Shown: positions 53,215-64,000 of the stretch, one piece after another | How positions within the stretch are numbered: the first letter of the stretch is position 1 | Layout of the letters: each line of letters starts with the position of its first letter | Assembly (NCBI RefSeq): GCF_006345805.1 | Contig: NC_043000.1 | Coordinates: 72,416,001 to 72,480,000 of the forward strand | From: Octopus sinensis | Taxonomy: Eukaryota | Reading direction: 5' to 3' | DNA length: 64,000 bases | Notes under the pieces: generated by a model | What the model saw: the letters and a program-made list of their open reading frames with translations, nothing else | What the model was told of the DNA's origin: nothing | The model's database searches: none | Translations under genes and position numbers: made by a program

Positions 53215-55160
53215 AATGCACTTTGGCTGCTTTAAAGTAATTTTACTCCTTTTCAAACATCCTTTTTTTTATTTCCTTCCCACTTTTGGTAGTTGCTTGC
53301 AGCCTTTCTTTAAGTTTCAGCAGTAATCTGCCATGATGTTCACATTCCACCTCCCCTGGTACCTCCGCTCCATTTCTTTAATGTCCTGGTGAAATCTCTC
53401 CCCGCGTTCTTCATTTAGATTGCCGAGAAATAGTCGATGTGTGAGTGAAGAAAGTTCGTTTTATCACTCATGGTACACCCAATATTTTTGAAGTTTTGCA
53501 ACATGATATAAACTGTGACTTTATAATTTGAACACTTTTTCCCAAAAAGTTCATGACAGCACACTTGAAGCTCACCCATGCCTGTTTTTGAGATTCATTG
53601 ATGGATTTCTCATAATCTGGATCTTTCATTAGTTTACGTATCAACAAATACTCCTGCTTTTATTTTCTCACTGGTTATATTTGGGTATTGTTCTTCTCTT
53701 TTTTGAGTGATACTGAAAACATGGTCCATCTGCAGGCAAAGATTTAACAAACTGTTTCATGAAACCCAGTTTGATGTGCAAAGGTAGTAGCAGTACTTTT
53801 GTAGGTTCAATCAAGGACTCGTGCAGAATGTTTTTCGATCCCTGTAACAAACTTCTCATTTGTGAGAAGTTTTTAACCATCCAGTACTTTTCTTTAGCAC
53901 TGCTGTCCCATTCACATAAGCAACATAGCAGTTTTGTGTAGCCTACCTGCTGGCCTACAAGCATGCCTATAATTCTCCTCACACTTGCCACTGGTATTAT
54001 GCATACTTCATATTTACAAAGGGTTTTTACATTTTCATACGCTCTTTTAGTTGTAGCAAGACAGTCATCAAACTTCTTTTTCTGAGGGATTGCTCTCGAT
54101 CTCAAAATAGTTTATCAGATTTAGAATATTATAGTAAAACACCATTGATTCATCATCAGCGAAGAATGGTAACAACTTGAGTTTCCTGTAACGATACCAA
54201 GAGAAGAAGGTTCCCGGTAACAAAGGCTTTTTCATTTTTAGCCTAGGACCAAGAAGTTCCGTTGCATCCTTTGGTACGTTCAAATTTCTCACCAAATCAT
54301 TGAACTCTTCCTGTGTAAATAACTGCGGACATTCAATTTCGCCAGGAGTATAGTCATCACCTTCTTCTTCACATTTGTCTTCCCCACTACCTGATGTGAC
54401 ATTCTCCAAAACAAGTGGTGGGAGAGAAACTGGAATGTCAACCCTGTGTGCAATAGCCCGTATGGCCGAGGAAATACACTATCTTATGCTTATGTTTTGC
54501 ACTGTACCCATCAACTTTAGTAATGCAGACATAACAGTCGTCAGCGTGGTTACTTGGCTCTCGCCACACATTTGGTATTCCAAAGGGCATTTCTGTTTTC
54601 TTACAGGCTTTTAAGTGTCTCAGCCACTCCACACAAATGTGATAGCACAATAAGCGAAGTATAGATTTGTTTACAAGATCAGTTATATTTTGTCTCTACT
54701 TAATGACAACATGCCTGTCACAAATGTAGCAGAATATGTCTGGATTGTTCACGCACTTACATCTATATGCACTCATTTAAAATGGAGTTTATACAAAAAT
54801 ATCACCAACGACTGACCTGAAACTACTAAAACAACACCAAAGCATCAGTTAGCAATCGTGTACACAGCTGTCAGAGTTGCCAACGACTGTTTAATAAACT
54901 TTATATTGGTTGCTATTTTACTTTTATTAATGTTAGGTCAGTATTGGTTTATAGCAATCTATTTTATTGAGCAAAATAAATCAGATAATCACTGTCATCT
55001 GATTCTCTAATACCATAATACAGAAAAAAATAAAGTTTTATGACAAAAAAACGTGATGGATAAAAGCTAATAACAGATCTGAAATCAGTATTAAAAGTTG
55101 CTTTAAAACGTTATGCAGACATTTAAACATAAAAAATCATTCAGACCTGTGTAATCAATC
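53215..55160 (-). mobile_element. Chapaev3/CMC-like DNA transposon remnant
   Basis: MPFGIPNVWREPSNHADDCYVC, GQQVGYTKLLCCLCEWDS and LPLHIKLGFMKQFVK motifs; multiple frameshifts. Confidence 0.6.
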
Positions 55161-55798
55161 CAAGTCATGTTGAGGTTTGTCTTTCTCTTCCTACAGTCCT
55201 CTATAATGGCTCGATTTACTGGAAGTTGCTCCTTACAACCATATATCCCATCTGGCTCCCATTTGTTCTTCTAGTAAAACATTGTTGTTTTCCAGGTGTA
55301 TTAAAGGCTGGTTATAGATGGCTGATGTGAGGATGTTGGTTGTTGATAGGTATGCTATTTTCATATAATGTTGTGGGCATATGATGTCTTTATTTTTGGA
55401 AATTAGGATGGTCTATCCTTCCAATATCCAGTTTGGTGTTGATTCTGGCTTACATATTAATAAATTGAATACTGCCGTTATGTGAGTATGGGTAGTGAGG
55501 AGGCGTTTCAGCCAGGAGTTGGAAACTTTGTTTATCTTTGGAGTTTTCCAGTTATTGGTAGTCCTCAGTGTATCGGTGTTCTCTTGGCTTGTGATGGTGG
55601 GCTGTATGTGCGGTGATATTTTGCTCTTCCTTTTCTTTTCCCTATTTATCCATTGAGCATTTTTGTTGTGTTGTTTTTGTTTGCTTCACATTCCTTCCCA
55701 GTATGACTGAATCTTTGATGATTATTATTATTGTTATTATTATTGTTGTTGTTATTGTTGTTGTTGTTGATGATGTTAAGAAATTTTTCTTTATCCAG

Positions 55799-56231
55799 GT
55801 AAGAATAGGAGTTTTATCATTCAGTGATAAGGTAGAAATAGATTTTTACCTGAACGAATCTACTGACGAATCTAGTATTCTACAGAAAGTCAGTCGAATT
55901 CGACAACTCACAGGAAGCACTTATACATGGCTGGCGTTAAAAGAATTGATTAATATGTTTAAGCACAGAAATGGTGCTCGGCCGTTTGTTAAACATGTCT
56001 CCATCATTCTGACTGATGGAAATTCCCAGAATCCACTTGCTACTTCGAAAGCAGCACGCGCGGTTCATGAAGCTAATATTAAAGTCTTTGCGTTGGCCAT
56101 TGGAGAGTATATAAGAGTAGAAGAGATTCGCGACATTGCAAGTTTTCCGAAGGATACATTCTTCAAAAAAACAGCATCTTTCAGTGAACTGGAACGCATA
56201 AAAGAAAGCTTCTTAACCACAACTTGTAAAG
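55799..56231 (+). CDS. VWA-repeat protein, exon B3
   Basis: ttctttatccag|GTAAGA acceptor, AAA G|gtaaga donor; 433 nt, one codon shorter than B1 and B2. Confidence 0.92.
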
Positions 56232-57152
56232 GTAAGATGAAAGAATATATTATTTCCCTATAGTTCAGACAAACATCTAATATAATTATGTTCTACTGTT
56301 TGCCAAATTCTTTTTAATCATTAATTACTCCTCTCAACTAATAGAGTTGCTAAAAAAAATCATTATTTGGTGAAAAAAGAAGTTGATTTATTCTATTGAT
56401 GATGCAAATCTCAATATTTTTTTGAGATTAATTTTTGTCATCTTAGCCATATTTTTGAATAAATCACAAAACTTTTGTTCAAACTGACCCATTGAAAGAT
56501 ATTATATATCTCAGAAACATAAATAATGTTGTAAAAGGAAAGTTTAAAGTAAGTAGTGTGAAATAAATATATCGATTCAAGACTTATCTCCCTCCAATAC
56601 TTTCAAATACATCCAGTTTTTTGAGCCAATGAAGAAGCTTTTAAGTGGTTATTTGCTCCTGAAAATTACATCCTACCGTCTTAAAAATGAACATGCTGGA
56701 TAATGTGGTCCCAGATTACTTGCTCATATTAAAAACTAGGATGGTCGCAGCAGGAATGCTTTAGATCCCAGGTCTGCTCAGTCGGGATTGACCTGAAGGC
56801 TAGTTAACAACCGAGTTTTAGCTTGCGTTCCATCTCTCTGGATTTGGTAAAATGGATAGAACTTGGCGAAAATGTTGAAAATATATATACCTTGAAATAC
56901 TATTTTAATTATTTTTAGATTGTTCATCCAACATATTGCGTGTTGAGGTGTGATATATTTTAAGATTATATTTCGACATAAACACTGTGTATTATTCATT
57001 ATTTTGAGTAAATGTAGAACAGATAAACTTTCAAACACTTTTAAAAGATGGTAGTATGTGATAGTCATGCGAATATTCTTCTTCTTGATAACTTTATAAC
57101 AAATTTCAACTATATTTTTGTTTTTTAATCACCTATTCTAAAACGTTTTCAG

Positions 57153-57203
57153 TTGTTAATGAAAGATCTACATTACCACCCATCCGAATATCAACCACTG
57201 AAG
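57153..57203 (+). CDS. VWA-repeat protein, linker exon L3 (VVNERSTLPPIRISTTE)
   Basis: cgttttcag acceptor, GAAG|gtaagg donor; 51 nt, phase 1-1; S/T/P-rich like L1. Confidence 0.75.
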
Positions 57204-58878
57204 GTAAGGTACAAATATATAATATCTTAATTAAAAAAATGATATATTCGATTCCTTAAAACGTCTTCCACGCTACAATTGAATTATGCTCGTTAACTTA
57301 CGTGCAGTGGAGCGGATGAGTTTATACGGAAATATTGAAAGACTTAAAAAGATCGGACCTTGCAAAGCAAGGTCTTATATCCTGAAAGTAAAAGTAAAAA
57401 CGTTCACGTTATTGTTAGAAAGAGGCAGAAATACATTTTCATGTCAGATTTCCGAGTGTCAGTAAAAGATTTAGTCGATCAACTACCCGTAATTCTCTGA
57501 CAAATAAACAGTCACGTGAAAAAAATTTCCTATTCTACCATGTGGATCCATGTTCAATCCAAATAGGGGAACCGTTCCTTTTAATACATTCCCGGGTTAA
57601 CCAATAACATGAGTGGAACTTGATAAACGAAAATTGGGCACAAGAAATTGTCGCGCGCGTGTGAGTGTCTATCGTTGAAATGCAGACAGTTACTAGCCAT
57701 TCTTGCCATCAGAATTTTAATTAACCAGTAATTGTTTAACTGAATACTTGAAAAGTTTGTAACTAACGACACAATTGTTTACCACAAAGAAAAATATATA
57801 AGGACTGTTCATGCCGGTAAGCCTTCGACTTTTGAACTACTGCATGAAAAATCACAACAGACGCTAAGTCCTAATTGTGAAAATTAATTAGAGCTTAAGT
57901 AATAACCCATGCAAACTATCGCAAGAACAGCTTTATTGAATACCACGATTGGGTTATTGCAAAAATAGATACTCAAATTATGAAAATGACAATGCAGTAA
58001 ATATGGTCCATGAATCTGCAATGGCTCTATTTTATTCACAGAATATTTACAATGAAAATAGACCAAAGTCAGCAATGTTGACCATATCGAAATGTGGGCA
58101 GTCTAATTTGAGATTCGAGGAGTGGATTAAGATTTCTCCTGTCAAATGCCAAGCCTCTTGTTACCATTGTAAAAAGTTCATGGGCAGTAACACATTTACT
58201 TTTAATGACTAAAAAAGTAAACCGGTTCCCAAAGCCTGCAAAAATATTAGTTGCCAGTAATAACCTATGGTGAAGTGGATAGACTATTGAGTGAAGGAAA
58301 ATCACAAAATGTCAGTGGCGCGGAATCGAGAGTACTTGAAAATAATCATCCATACCTTATTGTTCTCTACCAGACAACACACAATCAATAGAAGTTTAGC
58401 AGACAAATGTGTTGTTATTAACCGTGGTAACGTATTAGAATTTTTACATCTTTACTACACGTATTGTTTTGCTAGGAGTAAAACTGAAAAGGCAAGTGCA
58501 ATATGCAGTAGACCTCACTTATTGTCCAAAACGTAAACATCGATATCACGACTGAGAAGATTTTAGTGTTGAAGTTATACCATTATCGTTGAACAAGTTG
58601 TAATACGCTTCAGATTCATCACTATAGGAAAAATTAAATCTTATACAATACACTCTCTTGAAGGAAGCGTTCACTCTGAGTTAATACTAAATGTATTCAG
58701 GAATGACAAAATTGAAGGTGAAATAATAAAATTGTAATGTAAGAGAATGCTGCAAATTGTAACAAGGGGCTCTTGTAAATACACTGAGGTTAAAACAGGA
58801 ACAGAACAATTACCTCATATCGCAAAGGCATTACTTGATAAATGATGAAGGCCCAAAACAGTGCAATGTTGAATTATA

Positions 58879-58925
<47 letters not shown>

Positions 58926-59651
58926 AAATAAGCAACAAGAATAACTTCGGTAATTTGACACGATCGTTTCGCACTACATCATTTTATTAAATGTTGTAAG
59001 TATTACAACAGTTTTAAAATGCTGAGTACTCATCACCCACTAGTAGAGGTTTCCCATTAATACATAATTTTCATATCAAATGATAGCATTATAGAGAAGC
59101 TAGATATATAGACAAAGATGTGGGTTTAAATTTTAAGAACATTTAAGGTAGTGGAGCTTATCAACTGACTGAATAATATTCAGTTGCTTTGAACTGTTAG
59201 AAGGTTCTGAGAAGAATGGACAACTGAAAGGAGATAAGAAAGATTTCTATTTATAGAAATAGGGGTGAAATATATGTCAAAGTTCCATATAAAGAAATTT
59301 CGGTAGAGAGAGAAGGATTGTCACACTACATATGCCAATTACTACTATTTGGTAAACAGATATAGCATTAGGAAAACTAGGTTAATGTCAAATGGTTATA
59401 ATGACCACTCATAGAGAATGCAGAGATTTTTTTAAAACTAATATACATCAACATTATAATTAGCTGATAGGTTCTGAGTATTTTGATACGTTGGATTAAA
59501 GGAGAAATTATGGATCTAAAATTTATTCAATTTAGAGAAAAATCTATCATTTATTATATACACATATATATATATATATATAATATATATATATATAATA
59601 TATATATATATATATAGGGAGAGTTTACGAAAGATATATATATATATATAT

Positions 59652-59948
59652 CAACAATCAAGGAACGGCCATAATAGGTCATTCACCCACTAGAAATAAC
59701 AGCCAAAGCTTCAACCGCAAATAAAAGTCAATTCTGTAAACCAGGAGAAAATTTAAAAAACATTTACCCTGTAATTTCTTATACGATGCACCGTTTCATC
59801 TGCTGTTTAATGGTAAACTAACCTGATTAAATTAAATCAAGCCAATCTTCCATAGGCCCTCAGATTCTTCAGTAAGAAATAGCCCAAGTCGGAACAGATA
59901 TTTTCACGAGGCATTTCCGACCCTACAAAATTTTTTTTGCCACCCTAT
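59652..59948 (-). mobile_element. ~300 bp non-coding, hammerhead-bearing element in (TA)n (PLE-derived or retrozyme-like)
   Basis: (TA)n on both sides, no ORF, contains the ribozyme at 59774-59880. Confidence 0.7.
59774..59880 (-). ncRNA. Type I hammerhead ribozyme in a ~300 bp (TA)n-flanked element
   Basis: Minus strand: stem I ATTTCTTA/TAAGAAAT (8 bp, perfect); core CTGAAGA; stem II ATCTG/CAGAT with a long insert; GAAA; stem III CGG-TGCA-TCG; GUA triplet. Confidence 0.82.
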
Positions 59949-59953
59949 ATTGA

Positions 59954-60013
<60 letters not shown>

Positions 60014-60023
60014 AGAGTTTACG

Positions 60024-60076
<53 letters not shown>

Positions 60077-60079
<3 letters not shown>

Positions 60080-60260
60080 AGAGTTTACGAAAAATAACAA
60101 AAGACGAAGACAGGTGGTGTACAAAACAAACAGATGTATTAGTATAACGCTCCGGAATAGAAAAAGTCTTTTACGTTTCGAGCCTACGCTTTTCTACAGA
60201 AAGGGACACAGAAAAAACAAGGAGAGAAAAAAATGTGTGTAGTGGCTAACGATGTATCAT
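60077..60260 (-). mobile_element. PLE 3'-end-like repeat with a minimal degenerate hammerhead
   Basis: Minus strand cttt-CTGTAGA-aaagcgtaggctc-GAAA-CG-TA-aaag (60203-60168). Confidence 0.55.
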
Positions 60261-60262
60261 GA

Positions 60263-60358
<96 letters not shown>

Positions 60359-60413
60359 CGTTTAAATATTTGTTGTGCAAGATTTTTTTATGTGAAGTCG
60401 TGTGTTGAAACAG

Positions 60414-61818
60414 ATATTGTTATATTTCGGAATGGTCATATTGCCAGTTTAGCCAATAAAAACACACGCACTATATATTTGGTGTTATTTTGCTTCAGTG
60501 ATATTTATTTTTTACATTAATCTTAATCTTATTTCGGCCAAAGTTCTTTCGTCACACTCCTGTGACCGCATCAGTGGTCCTTTGTTTTCTTCTCACTTAC
60601 TTGTGTCTCTCCTTACTAACCGTCAGCCATTTTGTATTTCTATTGTATGTCTTCATTTGCGCATGCTTATATCTCTATGTGCGTCTATGTTTATTTAGTG
60701 TGTGTGTGGGGGGGGGATGCCTGTAATATTTGTATCTTCTGGTTATATACATTCTTGTAATTTGTATTTTGTTTTTGTTGTTGTTGCTTTTGTTCCAATT
60801 TTGTTCATGTGTTTACATCCACCCATTATTATCATTACATATGCTTGTATGTATGTATAACAACAATATTAGTAATAATAATAATAAATCTAATCGAAAA
60901 AAAAAAAAAAGAATATACATATACATATATATATATACATACATATACATATACATATATATATATATATACATATATACACACATATATACACATATAC
61001 ATATACATATATATACACATATACATATATATAGATATTAATTTCTATTTCTTTAATTACCTGTGTATTTATTATGTTTGCAGGATCCACTATTGTCATA
61101 TGTTGTGGTGTGCGCTATTGCTCCATAGCACACACCACAACATATGACAATAGTGGATCCTGCAAACATAATAAATACACAGGTAATTAAAGAAATAGAA
61201 ATTAATATCTATATATATGTATATGTGTATATATATGTATATGTATATGTGTATATATGTGTGTATATATGTATATATATATATATGTATATGTATATGT
61301 ATGTATATATATATATGTATATGTATATTCTTTTTTTTTTTTCGATTAGATTTATTATTATTATTACTAATATTGTTGTTATACATACATACAAGCATAT
61401 GTAATGATAATAATGGGTGGATGTAAACACATGGACAAAATTAGAACAAAAGCAACAACAACAAAAACAAAATACAAATTACAAGAATGTATATAACCAG
61501 AAGATACAAATATTACAGGCATCCCCCCCCCCACACACACACTAAATAAACATAGACGCACATAGAGATATAAGCATGCGCAAATGAAGACATACAATAG
61601 AAATACAAAATGGCTGACGGTTAGTAAGGAGAGACACAAGTAAGTGAGAAGAAAACAAAGGACCACTGATGCGGTCACAGGAGTGTGACGAAAGAACTTT
61701 GGCCGAAATAAGATTAAGATTAATGTAAAAAATAAATATCACTGAAGCAAAATAACACCAAATATATAGTGCGTGTGTTTTTATTGGCTAAACTGGCAAT
61801 ATGACCATTCCGAAATAT

Positions 61819-61827
<9 letters not shown>
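60414..61827. repeat. 1.4 kb near-perfect palindrome (two ~705 bp arms, 6-nt loop)
   Basis: 60414-61118 is the reverse complement of 61125-61827 with a few substitutions and microsatellite length differences; loop TGCTCC at 61119-61124. Confidence 0.92.
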
Positions 61828-61889
<62 letters not shown>

Positions 61890-61959
61890 GAGAGAGAGAG
61901 AGAGAGAGTGAGGGAGAGAGAGTTAGCCAAAACTTCAAGCACACTAATTAACTAACTTC

Positions 61960-62995
61960 AGTCTGTCCCTTGCGCCTGTGCATTCGTTAAATACTTTTCA
62001 CTTGAACGTGGTTCGACTTAAAATTGCGACGAGATTTCGTGTGTTTAGAATCATCTTGAAAACAAGGAAACAAATCGAAAATTATCGACATCTCATGCTT
62101 TTTTATTTAAAAAAAAGGCTAGAAAGCAGCGAAAAGGGTAAGGAGAGGATGTTATTACAAATGAGTGTGCCAGAAGTGATTTTTTTTCTCCGGCAAATTG
62201 AGATATTAACAACGACACCATCCCCTGTCAAATAGTGTTGAAAACCATCTGCATCGACTTGGTAACGTCAGCAAGCTCGATGTTTGTGTCTCACATCAAT
62301 TGAATGAGGCTAATCTAATGGATTTCCGTCTGTGGTTCGTTACAGAAACGTGAAGAAAACGATCCTTTTTTTGAAGAGAATAGTGACTGGGGACGAAAAT
62401 GAATCGTCTACAACATTGTGAAGCGCAAACGATCACAGGGAAAGCGTAGTAAACCACCACAAACACCCTTCAAAGCAGAACTTCATCCGAAGAAAGTTAT
62501 ACTTTCAGTATCGTGAGAATGGAAGGGTGTTGTCTTTTATGAACTTATTCCCACAAATAGAACCATCAATTCGGATGTGTATTGTGACCAGCTGGACAAA
62601 TTAAATGCAACGATCAACCAGAAGTACAGCACTTGCTAATCGTACGATCATTGCCTTTCATCGCGACATCACACTTCTTTGCAGACACAGCAAAAGTTAG
62701 TGGGGTCTTGCTGAGAACTTTTGCCGCACTTTTCATACTCACCTGACATTGTGCCTTCAGATTTCGATCGGTTCCAGTCTCTTCAAAAATCATTGAATGG
62801 ACAGAACTTTGATTCTGAAGAGGACGTAAAGATTCACCTGGAAGAGTTCTTCGCTAGTAAAGACAGAAAATTCTTTGAGCATGGAATAATAAATCTGTCC
62901 ACAAGATGACAGAAGATACTGGAACGAAACGATAATTATACTACGTGCATATAAACTTAAACAAATTAACATTTGCTTTTTATAAGCGCCGAAAT
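61960..62995 (+). mobile_element. Mariner transposase remnant
   Basis: RIVTGDE and PHFSYSPDIVPSDFDRFQSLQKSLNGQNF motifs; frameshifts. Confidence 0.85.
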
Positions 62996-63268
62996 GTGTA
63001 TTGTAAGGTATAAATAAGGTGATAGTTTATTTTCGTATGCAGAGACACCATAATATTGTATACGACTTGAGGTGTTTGCCTTGCCTTAATGCTTGTTGTC
63101 CTCTTTAACAATTATGTATCCGCTGCATCGAAAATCTGCAATGGCTCCACAACTACCGTCTCGGCTATAACTTTGCAACCCCAGTAATCCGTTACAGTAC
63201 TTATCTAGCGTACCTAATCGTTTAGATAACTTGTGAACTAACCCCCATACTTTGTGTATATGTATATA

Positions 63269-64000
63269 TCAATATATATAAAACTGAGAATGTGTGTCTG
63301 TATGTCTGTCTGTTTGTCTGTGTGAATCCCTAAAACTTGAGAACTACACAACCAATTTCATTCAAATTTTGCACATGCCTTACTTATGGTCCATGTAGTT
63401 TCATGGGCAAAAAAATGTTCAACTTCTTGCCTAGAGCGAGTCTATAACAATATCATATCTTCTCCAATATTTCAGTATTACGTGTTAAAAGTGAAACAAA
63501 AATATTTCTCTATTTTATGTCAGATGCTTTCACTTTAACAATAAAAATAATAATAACAATTGAATTATATGTAGTAAGTAATAATTAAAATCAAACTAAA
63601 GTATAATATAAGTAAAAATAGCAATTGGTATAAAATTGCATCAATGATTTGAACTTGAATAAGTGGTTTCACATGAATTGAAACTAAATTAACAATAAAA
63701 TTAGCGTGCAGAAATGGAATAGTCCAGATGGATAATAAAAAAATAAATTAAAGAAAAGACTATTGTCTATAAAGTATACAATGTAGAGAAAAAAGAAGAT
63801 TTGAAAACTTGGAGGAAAGCTATCCACGTGTGTTGTGAGTTATTTTGTATGTGAAAATTGGAAAAAAAACTGTTAAAAATTGTCAAAAAATTGAATCGCG
63901 CGAGGCGTTTGCCGCTACGTGTTTGAACCTTTTGTGGAGGGTGTGTCGACCCTCAAGTCATGGAGACTTACGCGGGGGTCGCCACAACAAAAAGTGACGA
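63269..64000 (+). mobile_element. Non-autonomous Helitron-like element, 5' part
   Basis: Begins A|TC-aatatatataaaactgagaatgtgtgtctg, followed by a (GTCT)n-like tract, a layout typical of non-autonomous Helitron 5' ends. Confidence 0.55.

Noticed and set aside
58701-58717. Candidate 17-nt exon tattcag|GAATGACAAAATTGAAG|gtgaaa
   Set aside because: Ends in phase 0, unlike the phase 1-1 linkers, and has no VWA similarity.

Overview
AT-rich, microsatellite-dense animal genomic DNA. Its SINE and LINE content resembles octopus or another coleoid cephalopod (inference only). The whole window lies inside one large + strand gene for a secreted, matrilin/collagen-VI-like tandem von Willebrand factor A (VWA) protein. 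Eight in-frame exons can be reconstructed (14818-15253, 16078-16125, 20262-20410, 32083-32518, 39949-39972, 40783-40931, 55799-56231, 57153-57203). They give one half and two complete VWA domains with intact MIDAS motifs and Ser/Thr/Pro-rich linkers; the gene's start and end lie outside the window. The introns hold (TAA)n-associated R4/Dong-like RLE LINEs (one near-intact, 24911-28868), a ~535 bp non-coding element using the same (TAA)n sites, tRNA-derived SINEs, Penelope-like (PLE) fragments in (TA)n tracts, and mariner, Chapaev3-like, CRE-like and Helitron-like remnants. Features not visible in the ORF track: two full-consensus type I hammerhead ribozymes on the minus strand (957-1054, 59774-59880) plus several degenerate ones; a 1.4 kb near-perfect palindrome (60414-61827); patchwork homogenisation of the large VWA exons; and CAG|GTAAGA dual splice sites at all three large VWA exons.
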